Shown: piece by piece, positions 1 through 13,790 of the stretch
Position numbering within the stretch: the first letter of the stretch is position 1
Layout of the letters: each line of letters starts with the position of its first letter
Assembly: GCA_015680685.1 (NCBI GenBank)
Contig: MNCI01003059.1
Span: forward strand, 123,043 to 187,042
DNA length: 64,000 nt
Reading direction: 5' to 3'
From: Gnetum montanum
Taxonomy: Eukaryota; Plantae; Gnetophyta
Made by a program: the position numbers and the translations under genes
The notes under the pieces: model-generated
Told to the model about the DNA's origin: nothing
The model's input: only the letters and a program-made list of their open reading frames with translations
Database searches by the model: none

Positions 1-151
1 AGACATGGGAAAAAATCTAACTCTGGAGGGATCAAACTACCAGAGCTTCGCTACTCTAAAACTAGGATCTTGAACAAGGGAGAGTCGGGTCTAATTTATA
101 GATATGGTGGCGGACTGCGATATCGCGGCCTATGCGAATCGCGTCTCATCA
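1..151 (-). mobile_element. Terminal part of an LTR of the TGATGA...TCATCA family, cut by the window start
   Basis: Ends in TCATCA at 151. Resembles the right ends of the LTRs at 40789-41629 (gggaaaa..tctaac, atttatag) and 19063-19717 (gcgatatcgc motif). Confidence 0.7.
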
Positions 152-249
152 ACTAGTTACTTAGTTCTTTCAACACATTGATTCATTTTCAAGCAATCTT
201 CATCCTTCCAAGTTTATAAATTGAGATTATTACATTTAAATTTTGTTGG

Positions 250-3200
250 TGCAAGCTCATTTTCTTCCTCTCCTCTAATGAAATCATTCATAAAATCCAC
301 ATATATCCATGCAAATGCATCATCATACTAATATGACCATATTAAATTATCTTTTGAAATGCACCATGTGATGGATTTTGTACTTCTTGATTCCAAGCAA
401 ATTTCCAAAAGCCTTTATGATCACACTTACCTAACATCTTTTAACAACATAAAAAAGAGTATTAATAATAGAACTAGGAAGCTTTTAAAAATAAAATATT
501 TTTAATAAAATGGAAACAAAGTTACAAATTTTGCATAGTGATTTTTATTTTAGCACCTTGCACCAGTAAGAAGAATAGGCCTTGGGAAAGTTAATACAAA
601 CTAAAATACTAAAGTTGAGTTGTATCAAATGCAAATATAAATGAGAATAATGAATTTTCTTAAAATTTAATAAACCTATATGATTAAAAACACCAAAATT
701 TAACAATTATTAGTTACCTATGGTCATCATATCATTACTAAATCTAGCACATGCACAAACAAAAGGAAAAGCAAAAGGAATTTTTGTTAAATGTCCATGT
801 AAAGTATGCATCTTGTAATATCAAATAAAAGATGTCATGAGACAAATAACATCAAAAGTTATGCATATCTTCACCTGCATTCCAAATGGATTTTCTAACA
901 CAAAAAAAAGAGAGAAAAAGAGATTTTTAACATCCTTATTAGGAATGTAATCATCATCACTATATTCTTACTATCCTCATGTTTAAGGTGAAACCATCAT
1001 TAAGAATATTTTTAGTCATGTTGACAGATAATGTTAAATTAGACAATGTATGAGTTGCTTTGGAATTGTAAATTATCATATAAAATCAATTAAAAAAAGA
1101 AATTAAAGCTATATTAAGGCAAAAAAAAAGTCAAGAGAGTTTAAAGATTTACATTACTTAATAGGTTTTACAGTGGTTGATAGCATGAAATATACTATTT
1201 GGAAATATAAAAAATTATGTTCAACACATATTAAAAAGATTAAAAATAAGAAACTAGCTTCACAAATAAGTCTTCTTATCCTTAAAAATAAAATTTTGGT
1301 TTATTATTTTTGTGTGGTATGGAGTTTCTCTACATCACTAGAATAGTAAATATGCACAAAAGTACTTTCAGTAACAACATATCATTTTACAAAGAATAGG
1401 AATTAAAGTTTTAAGAATAAGCATGAGATTTGCAAGCACATCTCACCATATTTGACATAAAATCAAATTTTTGATTGAAATTTTGTAGAAAGAATTTCCA
1501 GTCACAAGTGAAAAAAATAAAACTGAAATTTTTACTTACCTCTACTAAAAATATATTACCAAAGCTTTGCAAAAAGGCATAAACAAACTGAAATGTAATA
1601 TACAAGGCCATAATAATAATGTATTTTTTTCCTAAGCAAAAACGCTACCCATTCTGCTATTGCGAGAACTACGATTGATTTACTAATGCACATCCATTTG
1701 TGGTTACAAGATTTGTGCATGTGTCATCGCTGATCGAATATATTATAACACCAAATATATATCTGTGGAATAAAATGTTACAAGAAGAGCCTAGAGCAAA
1801 ATCAATAATGATTGAAATCAACAATGTTGAACTACGTTATGATGTATTTAGGTTAAAAAAATAGAGTTTTCACTCCTCTAATGACTACTAGGCTTTTCGA
1901 AATGTTGCAAAATGCATTGCTATAAAATGAGTAGAATTCTTCATATTTACAAAACTTTTAGCGCACTCCCATGGCTATGGCCTTTTCAAAATAGTGGTAA
2001 ATACCTCTTCATATTTACAAAACTTTCAACACACTCTCATAGTTGTGGCTTTTTCAAAGATGTGGAAAATGTGGCATTGTAAAATGATAACCAAAGGTCT
2101 TCATATTTCAGAGGTTGAATTTGTAACGCTAGTTAAAATAGAGTGAAACTTGAGAGAATGAGAAGCATGCATGCTATTGTTTTAACATGGACATGACATG
2201 AGATGGTACATAATCGATATGGATTAGTATATGGTTTTTCCACTCTCTAATAATATTTGCTTAGGATCTATTAGAAATGCCTTGAATATTTCATGATAAA
2301 ACTAACATTGAGATGTAGAGAAGGAGGCCCCTACCCTTGATTTCTCAAGCTCAGTATATGTCTCACAAAAACATTATCCTATAAAAAATTAGTTGGAACA
2401 TTAGCAAAAGTAGAGAAATAAGAAAATACTTTATGGGTGTTTTAATTGAGATCTTTATTTATAGGCTTTATTAGTTGGAACATTAGCAAAAGTAGAGAAA
2501 TAAGCAAAATCCTTCTACATCAGCACTTTCATTACTAGTTCTTACTGAAACATCTCTTTTTAAAGAAGAATTCTTTTTAGATATAGAGAATGTATTAGCA
2601 CCTTTAGGTTTAAAAGGATTAGTAAAAGGTTAAGAACTTGTTGTAGAAGATTTCATTTGTGCCTATTAAAAGTTGTTGTTACTTTTCCTCACAAATAACT
2701 TTTTTATTAAGAAGAGAACAAATACGAATAACATGGCCTTCAAAATGACAATAGCTACAATATCTTTGCAAATTGCAATATGTAATTTTCTAGGAAAAAT
2801 ACAGATTACTTACCTTAAGTTTTATTTTTATCTTCCTCTTTTATAAATAAATCTCTATAAAATAATGTGTGTACTACACACCATCTAGTAATGTTTTTGA
2901 CTTTGTCTTGAGAATTGTACTAATGATACTAACAATTTCATTTTCAATATTTTAAACTTTAAAAGAAAGATCTTCTAATTTAATTGTGCAAGGAATTTTA
3001 GAATAACAAGAAGAATTGGAATTAAAATCCACTTTCCATTCTTGAGTAATAAAATTTTTGTGCTAATCCATAAAAACTTTAAGATCTAAGGATTTTTCAA
3101 CCATTTAAGAATTGGCCAATTTGAAAAATAGAAAAGTTTGAGAAAAATATTGAACTTGCAAAACATTAATTTGAAAGCATTCAAGTATAGCCTGAATCAC

Positions 3201-3960
3201 TTGTGCAAAATCCTTCTTCAAGTGAATAAATCTAATAATCTATAGAAATATATATAATGAAGTCATATCTTTTGATAAAAATTCATATAAATCATTCGGT
3301 AAAACAAAATCAAAAGTTTCAAAATTCTTCACATTCTCTATAGTTTGAAAGACATTAATCAAATCAATTCTCATCACAAAATTTTTGGCTAAAATATCTT
3401 TGTAAGAAACCCTTGAGATTGACAACACTTCTAACATTTAGCTTGTAACTAGCAACCTCTTAATTTTGGAGAGGATGATCTAATAGGAAAGGCTAGCATA
3501 ATATTGTTTACAAATCATTCATCACAACTGACCTTATGTTGAGCTTTTTTACCATTAGGGTTAGCTCCCTTCTTAATATAAAGTTTAATTTTTGAGTTAA
3601 CAACATTATTGTCTAACAAGAAAAAAGTTTCCTTATGAGCTACCTATTTGAACTAATTAATACTTACTCTAAAAAAATGTACATAGAAGCTTTTGTTTTC
3701 TTGGAATTTTTCATTGTTGTTGGATCATTCTTATCATTGATAGTAAATTAATTTTTAATATCTTCAATTTTATATTTTTTTTATATCCTCAACTTTAACA
3801 CATTTTTCTTTTCCTCATCATCTTTTCTTTAGTAGAAAAAAGAATAAACATTAAACAAATGCCCATGACAAAAGTTGCAAAAATTATGAAGATTATAATA
3901 TGTGATTGGCTATATATAAGTCTTCTTTCTTGCTTATGATCCAATTTCTTTTTACAATGA
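250..3960 (-). pseudogene. Highly decayed L1-type LINE remnant
   Basis: 3860-3940 is a reverse-complement homolog of the ORF1 CCHC-knuckle segment at 25540-25640. A KFDF (KLDF..AYD-like) RT trace lies at about 1450-1475 on the minus strand. Many stops and frameshifts. Confidence 0.45.
1870..2110. repeat. Degenerate tandem repeat (about 70-90 bp, about 3 units)
   Basis: Recurrent tcttcatatttacaaaacttt..cactc.cat...ggc.ttttcaaa units. Confidence 0.65.
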
Positions 3961-6900
3961 AGAAAATTGATTTCAGGAAAAAATGTATATAAGAAGTAAA
4001 TGGTTTGGAAATAGGTTCCATATACTTAATGGGACCAAGGAGACTAATAATCTCTTGCTCAACTTTCTAAAAAATCAACGGAAGATTAAATAACTCAATA
4101 AAACATGGATTTTTAGAATATTCTTCAAATTCAACATCAAAATATGGAGTTCACTTATGAATGATTAAAATTGCATGCTTATGTGTAACTAGTCCTATAG
4201 CAAGGGCACACTGCACCATTAAAACATTGCCTAGCTTAACAAGCAGAAAAAAATGAGAATAATACTTAGCATGAATCACTTTTTGTCATATCCAAATGTC
4301 CTTTAAAAATTTCAAAGAACACATATCATGATGTAAAATCAGCTACTAATGACTTGTAAACATCACTAGGGAGAATAAAATTAGATGTCTTAGTTACATC
4401 AACATTAGTAGAAGAAGGAATCTCAAATTACAAATTTGCATTCTTAGAATTAATAGAAAATTTTGCATCAATAGAAAAATTACAAATTTTGGCATTGGTT
4501 AAAGAAATTGGAGTTAATTTAGAACCCCCATAGGGGAATTGTAGATAGATCAAATCTCCTAGAGAAAAATCAAATCTACTCATACATCTAATTTCTATAA
4601 ATTAGAACTTTATAACTCAAGATTACCCTCCCAAATAGTACCCATAAATTGAAATTACCATATCAAGAATCTTATCACTAGGCTAACACTTTCTTGTTTC
4701 ATCTCCCATTAATAACGAACCATGGGCTATTAAGCATCCACATCTTTACGGTACATAATGTAAGCTTGGCATTACCTCCCTTGTATCTCTATGCTTTTAC
4801 AATTGATGGATTACTTGGTGTGATTGCAAACTTTTTTATAACATTAATACCTTTTAAAAGTTTCCCTTTTGCATAATTTGGATAGAAATTTAATTATTTA
4901 AGATTCTAATAACAATATTCTTGATTTTTCATGTTGAAATTGAATTTTTAGTTATGTCCATAGAGATCCTCTTGAATCTATCATACTACACTAATTCAAA
5001 ATTCTTTTTATGGAAACTTTTTTGTTCATAACTTAATGTTGCGCATTGGAATTAAACCTGTCACTTGGGATTTCTATGCCAAGACTCTTACTATTAAGCT
5101 ACCACTCATTTTTATTTTTAATACTACTATTTGGCCAAGATATGATTATCTATGGAATGTCAACCATAATGTGTAATTATTGAAGCATCTCATTTATAAG
5201 ATATGAAATGCTTTCATTCCTTAAAAAATTAAGCACTTTTATGATATTTGATTTAGCAATATTTGCATATTAGTATTCACTGCTTTCATTTAGATGTTCA
5301 TGACCTTACACATTATCTTTGCAACATGGAAGATTCATTCTTCCCTTCCTTTTTACTTATCTTATTGTTTGAAGTTCTTGGTCTTGGTGATATTTACAAA
5401 GTTTTAAGTCAAGGTTGGATGAAGTTTTATTTGACTATGGATGATGATCCTTTTCTTCAATTTCAATTATTTTTGCTTCACACTTAAACTTGCTTTCATT
5501 CCCTTGTTATTTATGTCATTTATAAATTTTGAAGTAATGTGGTTTAATGTTAATTTTCTTCCTTGGTTCAAGAAAACATCATTTAATAACTCATACTTCA
5601 ATTTTATCCTTGAATGTTTTAGTTTATTTCTTTTTGGTTTATAGGAAGCCTTTAATAGCTAGTGAGAACCCAAGAGGACACCTCTTAAAAAAAGGCAAGG
5701 TTTTATCCTTTTCATACTCTAGATGAGAGGTTTTTTTCATTTCATTTCATTTCTTTTTTTGGATTAACTAAGAGATAAAAAATTGAAAAAGGATCCCAAA
5801 ACTACTAAACTTTATTTTTAATATCTCTTGTTCTGAAATTTCCTATCTCTTCCATGGTGCTTCTTTATGATTGTATACTAAATTTTCTCATTTTTAATGC
5901 ATTTTATTTTTAGGTCTACAACCCATCCTTAAACCCCAAAGCTCCCTACCCCTTACCACAATCACACTTGTGGTGTTTAAGATATACTTATTAAATAGCA
6001 ATAAGTGCAAAGGGTGTTGCTAGTAAGAGTATAGTTCTAAACCATCTAAATAATGAGCAGCGTGGAATTACCTCTATTATTGCAAAAGAAAGTATAGTTG
6101 ATATATTATCACTTCAATCAAACCAATTTCATTAATCCTAGCTAGGGTGTGAATTTGATGTTCAATCTTACATGTGATGAAATTTTTTTATGAAGTGTTA
6201 GCAAAAATCTTACCTAAAAACTTACTTGTAAATATTTACTTCACACATCAAATTTATAGAAAATTTTTTAATATAAGATAATTCATATATTAAAATCCCC
6301 AAATATTTAAATATGATTTTAAGTAAAATCCCCAAATCTCTTCCAAAGTTAAATGTTTTTTTAGCTAAACTATTGTCCTTAAAATTCATCAAAGTTTGAG
6401 TTAATTTTTCAATTGAAGTGTGATTTTAATTACTTATTCAATATTGCACTTGCTATAAAACTCAAACCAAATGATATTTAGGTTTCTACGAAAACTATAC
6501 ACAAGTAACACACAAGGAAGGAGTACTTTCTTGGTAGATACAAAAACCTTTTTTTAGTAAAATTGTTTGTAATACCATTGGTTCTATTCAAAATAAAAAT
6601 TTCAATGGCCTATTATAAAAAAAAATTGCAAAACTAACATGAAAAATAATGCATAAGCAACTTTTAATTTTATTACAAGCTAAATGGTTTCTATAGAACT
6701 AATCAAGATGAAGTAGGACATTAACCTTAATCTAGCTTTACTATGCTTAGTCTAACTTTATTATCCTTATCTACAAATAAATTATGTAGGTATCAAGTTT
6801 GCAACAACTTCATGCAATCGGGGAAAATTTACTAAGATTAAAATATTACAAGAAAGAAATACTTAGGTTAACATATTGCATCAGTTTGTGTTGATGTCCT

Positions 6901-7156
6901 AAAAAAACTATGCAATTTAGAAAAATTCAGATGCAAGCAAATACGGTTGAGATGGCTGCGAAAAATTTAAGTTTCTAGAGAAAAATGTACGTAAACTCAA
7001 GGTTGCCACAAGGAATGCCACAAAATGCATGCCTTTCACACAAAAAGCTTGCCCAAGAAGCCAAAATCATGAGGCTATTAATTTTAATGCATATGAATTG
7101 TCGAAAGTATTGGCAACATCATCAATATATTGAAGTAGATAATTGGGGACTCATAG

Positions 7157-7728
7157 TGTAACAACGTTGTCCCTAACATTGCTCGGCACCCCAAGGAATT
7201 CACTAAGATCCAATGGATCTAGGGTGGAAGACCTAGGGAATACACCTCAAGTAAGCAAGCAACTCAAGAGTGAGTGCAAGTAGCAACACAACTTCTTATT
7301 ATGTATGGAAACGCACCTCACAAAGGGTAACCAACTCCAAATGAGGACCAAGCACACAAGCAACCCTGCAGACAACATCGGTGGGAGGGGAAACGATGCA
7401 CCTACAAGGGAAGGTGCCTCACACCCAAATCCCTCACAATTTGGTACAAGGTGTGGCCTAGCACTGCACCAAAACTATCCAGTCTTGGCTGCCTACATAT
7501 CTACGACCACCGTAAAATTAGGGTCGTGTAGTTCTCCACGGTGAGGGTAAAATGAAGAGGACTTAAGAGAGAGTTACAACAGGAGGGTGTCCTGTTGCTA
7601 ACTTGGTACCACCAAGCTAGGATGGATTTTCTAACACTTGAGTCACTTGAGGATGCCTCAAAGTGTTCCATGGCCCTCGAACCATGGGAAGAGCCTAGGA
7701 GAACCACCACCCTGGGATATCTCTCATA
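7157..7728 (-). repeat. 3' LTR of the 7157-13790 element
   Basis: Starts tgtaacaacg and is followed by atcctcccttgc, the reverse complement of PPT gcaagggaggat (7729-7740). Confidence 0.92.
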
Positions 7729-10700
7729 ATCCTCCCTTGCACAAAGAAGTGACATCCTTGGAGCATAGCCTAGGATAGCTTCAAGAGTACACTTCTATAT
7801 GGGTTTGGAACTTTGTCAACTTCAGGGATCCATCAACTCCTCTGACACCAGACTTGAAGGAAGATACCAACCCCAACACCTAATACGTCCTTCCATCCAA
7901 TGCCTTGCATGAAATGCAAGGGGCACTTGGAGGAAGCCAAAAGACTTCCCAACTCTGTAACAAGCGGGAGTAGTCTAACCCAAAGGGCCAACATCTCTAA
8001 GGCATCCCCTAGATCTGTCCCTTCTTAGGTCTAGAGACTTATCTTCTTGCGTAGGCCCATACCTATGCAAGAAGACAAGCTCCTCTTTCACAAGTCCAAT
8101 CAAGTTCCTTTATGAATGGCATCTCAGCACCCATCGATTTTTTTTATCGATTTTGAGGGCTCACTAGGGCCACTACCCATGGTGATGGATTTGGGAACAT
8201 TAAACCAAGAGGGAGGACATGCTCCAAAAGAGCCATGTCTTCCCAAGCAACTCACGCTTGCCAGAACTCCATGTTCTGTTACTCGCATCCAGACCCATGG
8301 GGTCTCACCAGTGCAACCATCTAAGCACTGATTCCACGTGCATCTGTACCATGCACATTTTTTTCCATCATGTCGGTTCAAGCTGGTATGAAGGAAGTCA
8401 AGCATGTTCTCCCTTCTAAAAAAGGTACAAGGGTATATCTTTTGAGCTTGACCTTGCCGTCCACAGACACCAGCATCACATACCTCAATTCACCATCCAA
8501 TAGTATTCCATTGCCATAATGAGAGAGAAGATCCAAAATCTGTTTGGAAACTTCTCCAAGAGGCTATCATACAACAAGCCCAAACTGTCATCAACAACTC
8601 TTGTAATTGTTCAACATCGAGAATGCCTGCTCAAATATTAGAACAAGTCGAGGATCTATTAAGTAGCCAACACCATGATAATCCTCCATACACACGTCTC
8701 ATGTCAACCGTAAGCACATCATCGATTGCAACTATAATATCCTGTTCAAGGGGAAGGATCAACTGCACTTGTAACATACAGGCTATCCTTCCCACTCCAA
8801 GTTATGGGACAAGCACCATTTTCTGAACACTAGGTCTAGGAAAGAATATGGAGTCACCTCTGAGAGCAACCAGATCATGAATTCTCCAAGGAACATCGAG
8901 GTTTCTAGAATTTGAATTTCCTCACCGTATCAAGAACAACCACATCTCTTGATCAACACCTTTTCATTAGATTTTGAACTTGAAGGAAAGATCCCTTTTG
9001 GGAGGTTTCCTCCATAGGTAAGTATAGCAGCCCAACTATACCTTACCCATAATACGCCCAAGTAGTCCACGTAGCCAATAGAACCATATTGTCAAACTAT
9101 CACCAGCTGAGGGAAGACATGGATTCACAAGTCTTACCCAAATTTGATTTCACCTTGAGAACAAATCGAGATGTCAAGGAGTTCATCCCTTTAAAATTTT
9201 ATCAAGGGGGATTTTGGGTTTCATCTTGGGAAATTTGGGTTTTTGTTTCATACATCCCAGTTAAGCCCATTTACATTAATTATGGTGGACAAGGCCACAC
9301 CACTACCTATTATCATTCAACATAAACAACAAGTGCAAGTTAACAAAACATTTTTCCCATAGGAGGACTAGGTTCTCAAGATAGTTTTACAATAATGGGC
9401 TTCACCATCATCAACTACAACTCAACAAAATACACGATTCATCCCTGAAGGGTTTACAATAAGGGTGGTCTACCAGAGAACCCCAATAAGGAAGTCCCTT
9501 TGGAGCCTCCAAAACTAAGAGAGTACATAACATCATGCCTTGCTTACAAGAAGGAAGATACATATATTTAGGCTACATCAACAATGCGGCCTCATGAAGG
9601 AGGTTCCGTGAATTTCACCAAGGTAACAACATTCTGTATCTAAAAACAATTCCCAAGATTTCACAAACATGGGGCAACTACTTCTAAGTCCCAACTAGGA
9701 AAAAACTGTCTCAATACCACTTGCCTTATTATTTCAGGAACTAAAGAGGGCATCCATCAGAATGAAGAATGACCCCTCATAGGATTAGAGATTCACCAAG
9801 TAATAGAGTCCTCAACCCTGTTGTCCCACCAGGGAGGTGAGGACGTCAACATGAATTAACATTACACCAAGGACATCAGACAATACATTAGGGAGAGATG
9901 GTGTGATACATTAGTGTTAATAAAAAACTGAGTACACAGGGAGATTTGGCAAGACACCATAACCTGTTAGGCACAATGAGCTCCTAGTTATGGAATCACA
10001 CCATATTCAACGAAAGCACCAATAAGTCCCAAGCCATGAGAGCACAACATAGCCCTCAGAAGAGTTAAAAGTAATTGATCATGAGAGCACTCCATCAGCA
10101 ACGAAGCACCAGAAGCCCCCAATCATGAGAGCATAAGCTCAAGGGTTTTCGAGCACATTTAAGCCCACTAAGTAAGGCCACCAGGAGAAGTCACAATTTT
10201 TGTAACTGTAACATCATTTATTTGAGGATGGACCACCATCCCAATGTTTGCACAACTGCCCACAATCACATCCAGCATGGAAGAGGGAGTCTAGGTGCCA
10301 ATACCCAGAACTTAACTCAAATCCACTGTTAAACATCGCAGCATCACGTTGATTTGAATTTCAGTCTACCATTGTAATTCACATGGCCACAGTGAACCAA
10401 CCATTATCAAGCTAAAGCACCTCAAACCAATTTGTTTGTATTTTAGGCTACATACAACCATTGATCGTCTATGGATAAGATCTTTGCTAGTCTAGGAACA
10501 GAAGAGAAAGTGTTTCCAAGATTTTTCTTATCTCAAGGACATTCACCAAAGCACACACCATCAAGGCATGCCAACATCACCAAGAACACATGGAACTAGC
10601 TCAAGAGCACAATGGGCAAGGACATGCCCTGGTCCATTCATTACAACACCGTATCACAACTAAAGAATTTCCCATGAGGTTTTCAACAGAATTATACATC

Positions 10701-11665
10701 AACGCACAAAGGTCGTTTACAACATATAGTAAGGGTGCTTCAAAACAAGCACTAGAAAACATCATACATCAAGCTTGGCCTTGTCATAGGGTGTGGCATA
10801 GGCCTACAACGAGGAGACAACTGAGTCAAATAGGGCAATACATCTAGCACTTTTGAGTGCATACTATCAAATTGAGAATATCATAAGGATACATTTCACA
10901 CAGCTGAGGACAGGAATACATTTTAATGGGAACATACATGGTATTTGGGAATGCTACCCAGGCCTAGAAGGCTATAGGATGAACTACTTGAGCCCATCCT
11001 AGGCTAAAGGATTTAGGCCACTAGGAACATACCACAAAAGAACCATGCTATTCTGAGAAAAACCTCTCTCTGTCACAAAGCATAAACGATCATTTGTCAC
11101 ATTACACCATTGTCTCAAAACGTACATGATCGATCGTCGCACTGAACCCATTACACAACTACCATAAAATGAAAACAATTTGGGACACGAACACAACGAT
11201 TGAATAATGAAACACACCAACTGAGTATCCACCACCTACCAAAGTGGGACCTCAATGCATTGGCCACTCGTGAGCCATCAGTATCCAGCATGGCCAAGGA
11301 TACCATTTCATGCCATTTGCTAGCCCAATATCTGTAGGGTCTAGGATAGATCACCGTCCTCTGTTAGTGCTCACCTAGCATTGAGAGGCAAACAAATCAT
11401 AATGTACTTGCTGATTCATCACAACCAAGGTACTAATAAATCCACAACCTAGTGTTGGGATTCTGTGATCAAATAATCAATTCATGAAGGCCTTAAGAGC
11501 ACATATCTTCCCCATAGACATAGTGCTCATAGAATCAACTGAGGTCACCACTGGCTTCATCTTTGTACCTATGTTGCATGCAAACACAAAGACAAAAGCT
11601 TAGAAACATAGAAGTTAGCAAGAACATGATCAACACATCAACCTCATACACAACCATCAAGCATG

Positions 11666-11886
11666 ATCATATAATAGAGTAATATCACTCTTGCAACATC
11701 ATAAAAAGCAAGACCTTAGCAACATGCATAGAGATCAATCATGCAACACGTTGATGGATCAATTAGATACACTCAATCATATAATAGAGTAATATCACTC
11801 TTGCAACATCATAAAAAGTAAGACCTTAGCAACATGCATAGAGATCAACCATGCAACACATTGATGGGTCAATTAGATACACTCAA
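11666..11886. repeat. 110-bp tandem duplication inside the LTR element
   Basis: atcatataatagagt...gatacactca occurs at 11666 and 11776 with few mismatches. Confidence 0.95.
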
Positions 11887-13196
11887 ACAAATGATTTCAT
11901 CATGAGGAACACCCAGAGAGAGCTAGAACACTCTTAGAATTTCAAGATTCATATATAACAATCATTCCCAGCCACTAACATTGGTTTCAACCAAGATCAA
12001 AATCTCAACATAATCGTAAGAGGCATGGGCAATAGAGAATCTTCATCTCAACTCAAAAATAAGGTGGAAGACTAAGGTCTATCCAACAACAGGTCTGTAT
12101 AAAACCAATTCTCGCAACAATGAGCAACATCACGGAGGATGCATCCACAAGAAAGAATCTCAGCAAAAGAGGTGCGGTCTCAATAAGAACCAATAATAGG
12201 ATGAGCCACACCAGTAGTCTTCGAATCAAAGTGACCAAGAAATTTCACCAATCAAAAGAGTGATGCCACAAACCCAAAGGCAACACAACCAGCTCAAACA
12301 AGGGAGCACTACTCATGAAAGATTAGCAACAAGGGCAATCCTGCCTCATGCACAAAATGTTGTCACAACAAGACAACAAACATTTAGCTTTGGGATGGCA
12401 CAAAGGACCTCAAAATGCATCCTCAACAATCCCACCAACAAGTCATCATACAGCGTAGGACACAAAGCCTTACATTACGAACGATGGAAGTGACGAAGGT
12501 AACACACATGTAGAATTTCAAAGCACAACTAAGAAGACACGTATACACACATAGACAAACATACAATCACAAACACGAGCATACGAAGTCGATCGGCAAT
12601 GGTCTTAATCGACCCAGAACAAGGCTCACCAAGAGCACATGTCCAAAGGCCCTCCATCTTGAGGTACCTGGGAACCATCTTATCCCAATTTGTATTTCCC
12701 AAACTCACTGTATCTAGGGTGAGTGGGAGTGCAAGGATATCCTATCTTGCACAATTTAACCAATGCCATCTTGAAACATGTCATCTGGATGGAAACCAAA
12801 GTGGAGACTCGGTCCAATTCATCCCAAATGAATCACTAGAAACGTGAGATAAGAGATCCTTGAGCAACAAAATTCTTGAGTTTCCAATAGAACTCTTCTT
12901 TACAATATCGAATACAATCACAACTAGTCCAACCATAAGTAAACAAGTAGAGGACAATACCACAACACAATTGTATACATCCTTAAAGAGAACAACATAT
13001 AACAATTGCTCATAATGTAACATTGGTCCCTTCATGAAGAGTGTAAAAATATCACCATAAGTCAACTCTTCAAAGAATACATAAGGATATGATCCTAGAT
13101 CACTTAGGTATTAATCTAAAGGGCCATTAATCAAACAACCTCAAAGGAGTAACACAACCAAAGAGCACATGTATATCACAACACAATTTCAAAAAT

Positions 13197-13208
13197 GCTC
13201 TGATACCA
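13197..13208 (-). promoter_or_regulatory. Primer binding site (initiator Met tRNA)
   Basis: gctctgatacca is the reverse complement of TGGTATCAGAGC and lies 2 nt from the 5' LTR. Confidence 0.93.
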
Positions 13209-13210
13209 TC

Positions 13211-13790
13211 TGTAACAACGTTGCCCCTAACATTGCCCAACACCCCAAGGAATTCACTAAGATCCAATGGATCTAGGGTAGAAGACCTGGGGAATACGCC
13301 TCAAGCAAGCAAGCAACTTAAGAGTGAGTGCAAGCAACAACACAACTTTTTATTCTGTATGGAAACACACCTTACAAAGGGTAACCAACTCCAAACGAGG
13401 AACAAACAAACAAGCACATAAGAAACCCTGTAGACAACATCAGTGGGAGGGGAAATGATGCACCTACAAGGGAAGGTGCCTCACCCCAAAATCCCTCATG
13501 ATCTGGTACAAGGTGTGGCCTGGCACCACACCAAAACTATCCAGTCTTGGTTGCCTACATATCTATGACCACTGTAGAATCAAGGCCATGTAGTTCTCTA
13601 GGGTGAGGGTAGAATGAAGAGGACTTAAGAGAGAGTTACAATAGGAGGGTGTCCTATTGCTAGCTTGGTACCACCAAGATGGGATGGATTTTCTAACACT
13701 TGAGTCACCCGAGGGTGCCTCAAAGTGTTCCATGGCCCCCGAACCATGGGGAGAGCCTAGGAGAACCACCACCCTGGGACATCTCTCACA
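13211..13790 (-). repeat. 5' LTR of the 7157-13790 element
   Basis: tgtaacaacg...ctctcaca; direct repeat of 7157-7728. Confidence 0.93.

Larger units (their letters stand above)
7157..13790 (-). mobile_element. LTR retrotransposon with intact termini and a decayed interior (probably Ty3/gypsy, non-autonomous)
   Basis: Direct LTRs at 7157-7728 and 13211-13790 (TG...CA, roughly 90% identical by eye). TSD CATAG at 7152-7156 and 13791-13795. Met-tRNA PBS and PPT are in minus orientation. No long ORF. Confidence 0.93.

Noticed and set aside
4450-5250. Possible endogenous viral or other coding remnant on the minus strand
   Set aside because: No recognisable motif in hand translation.
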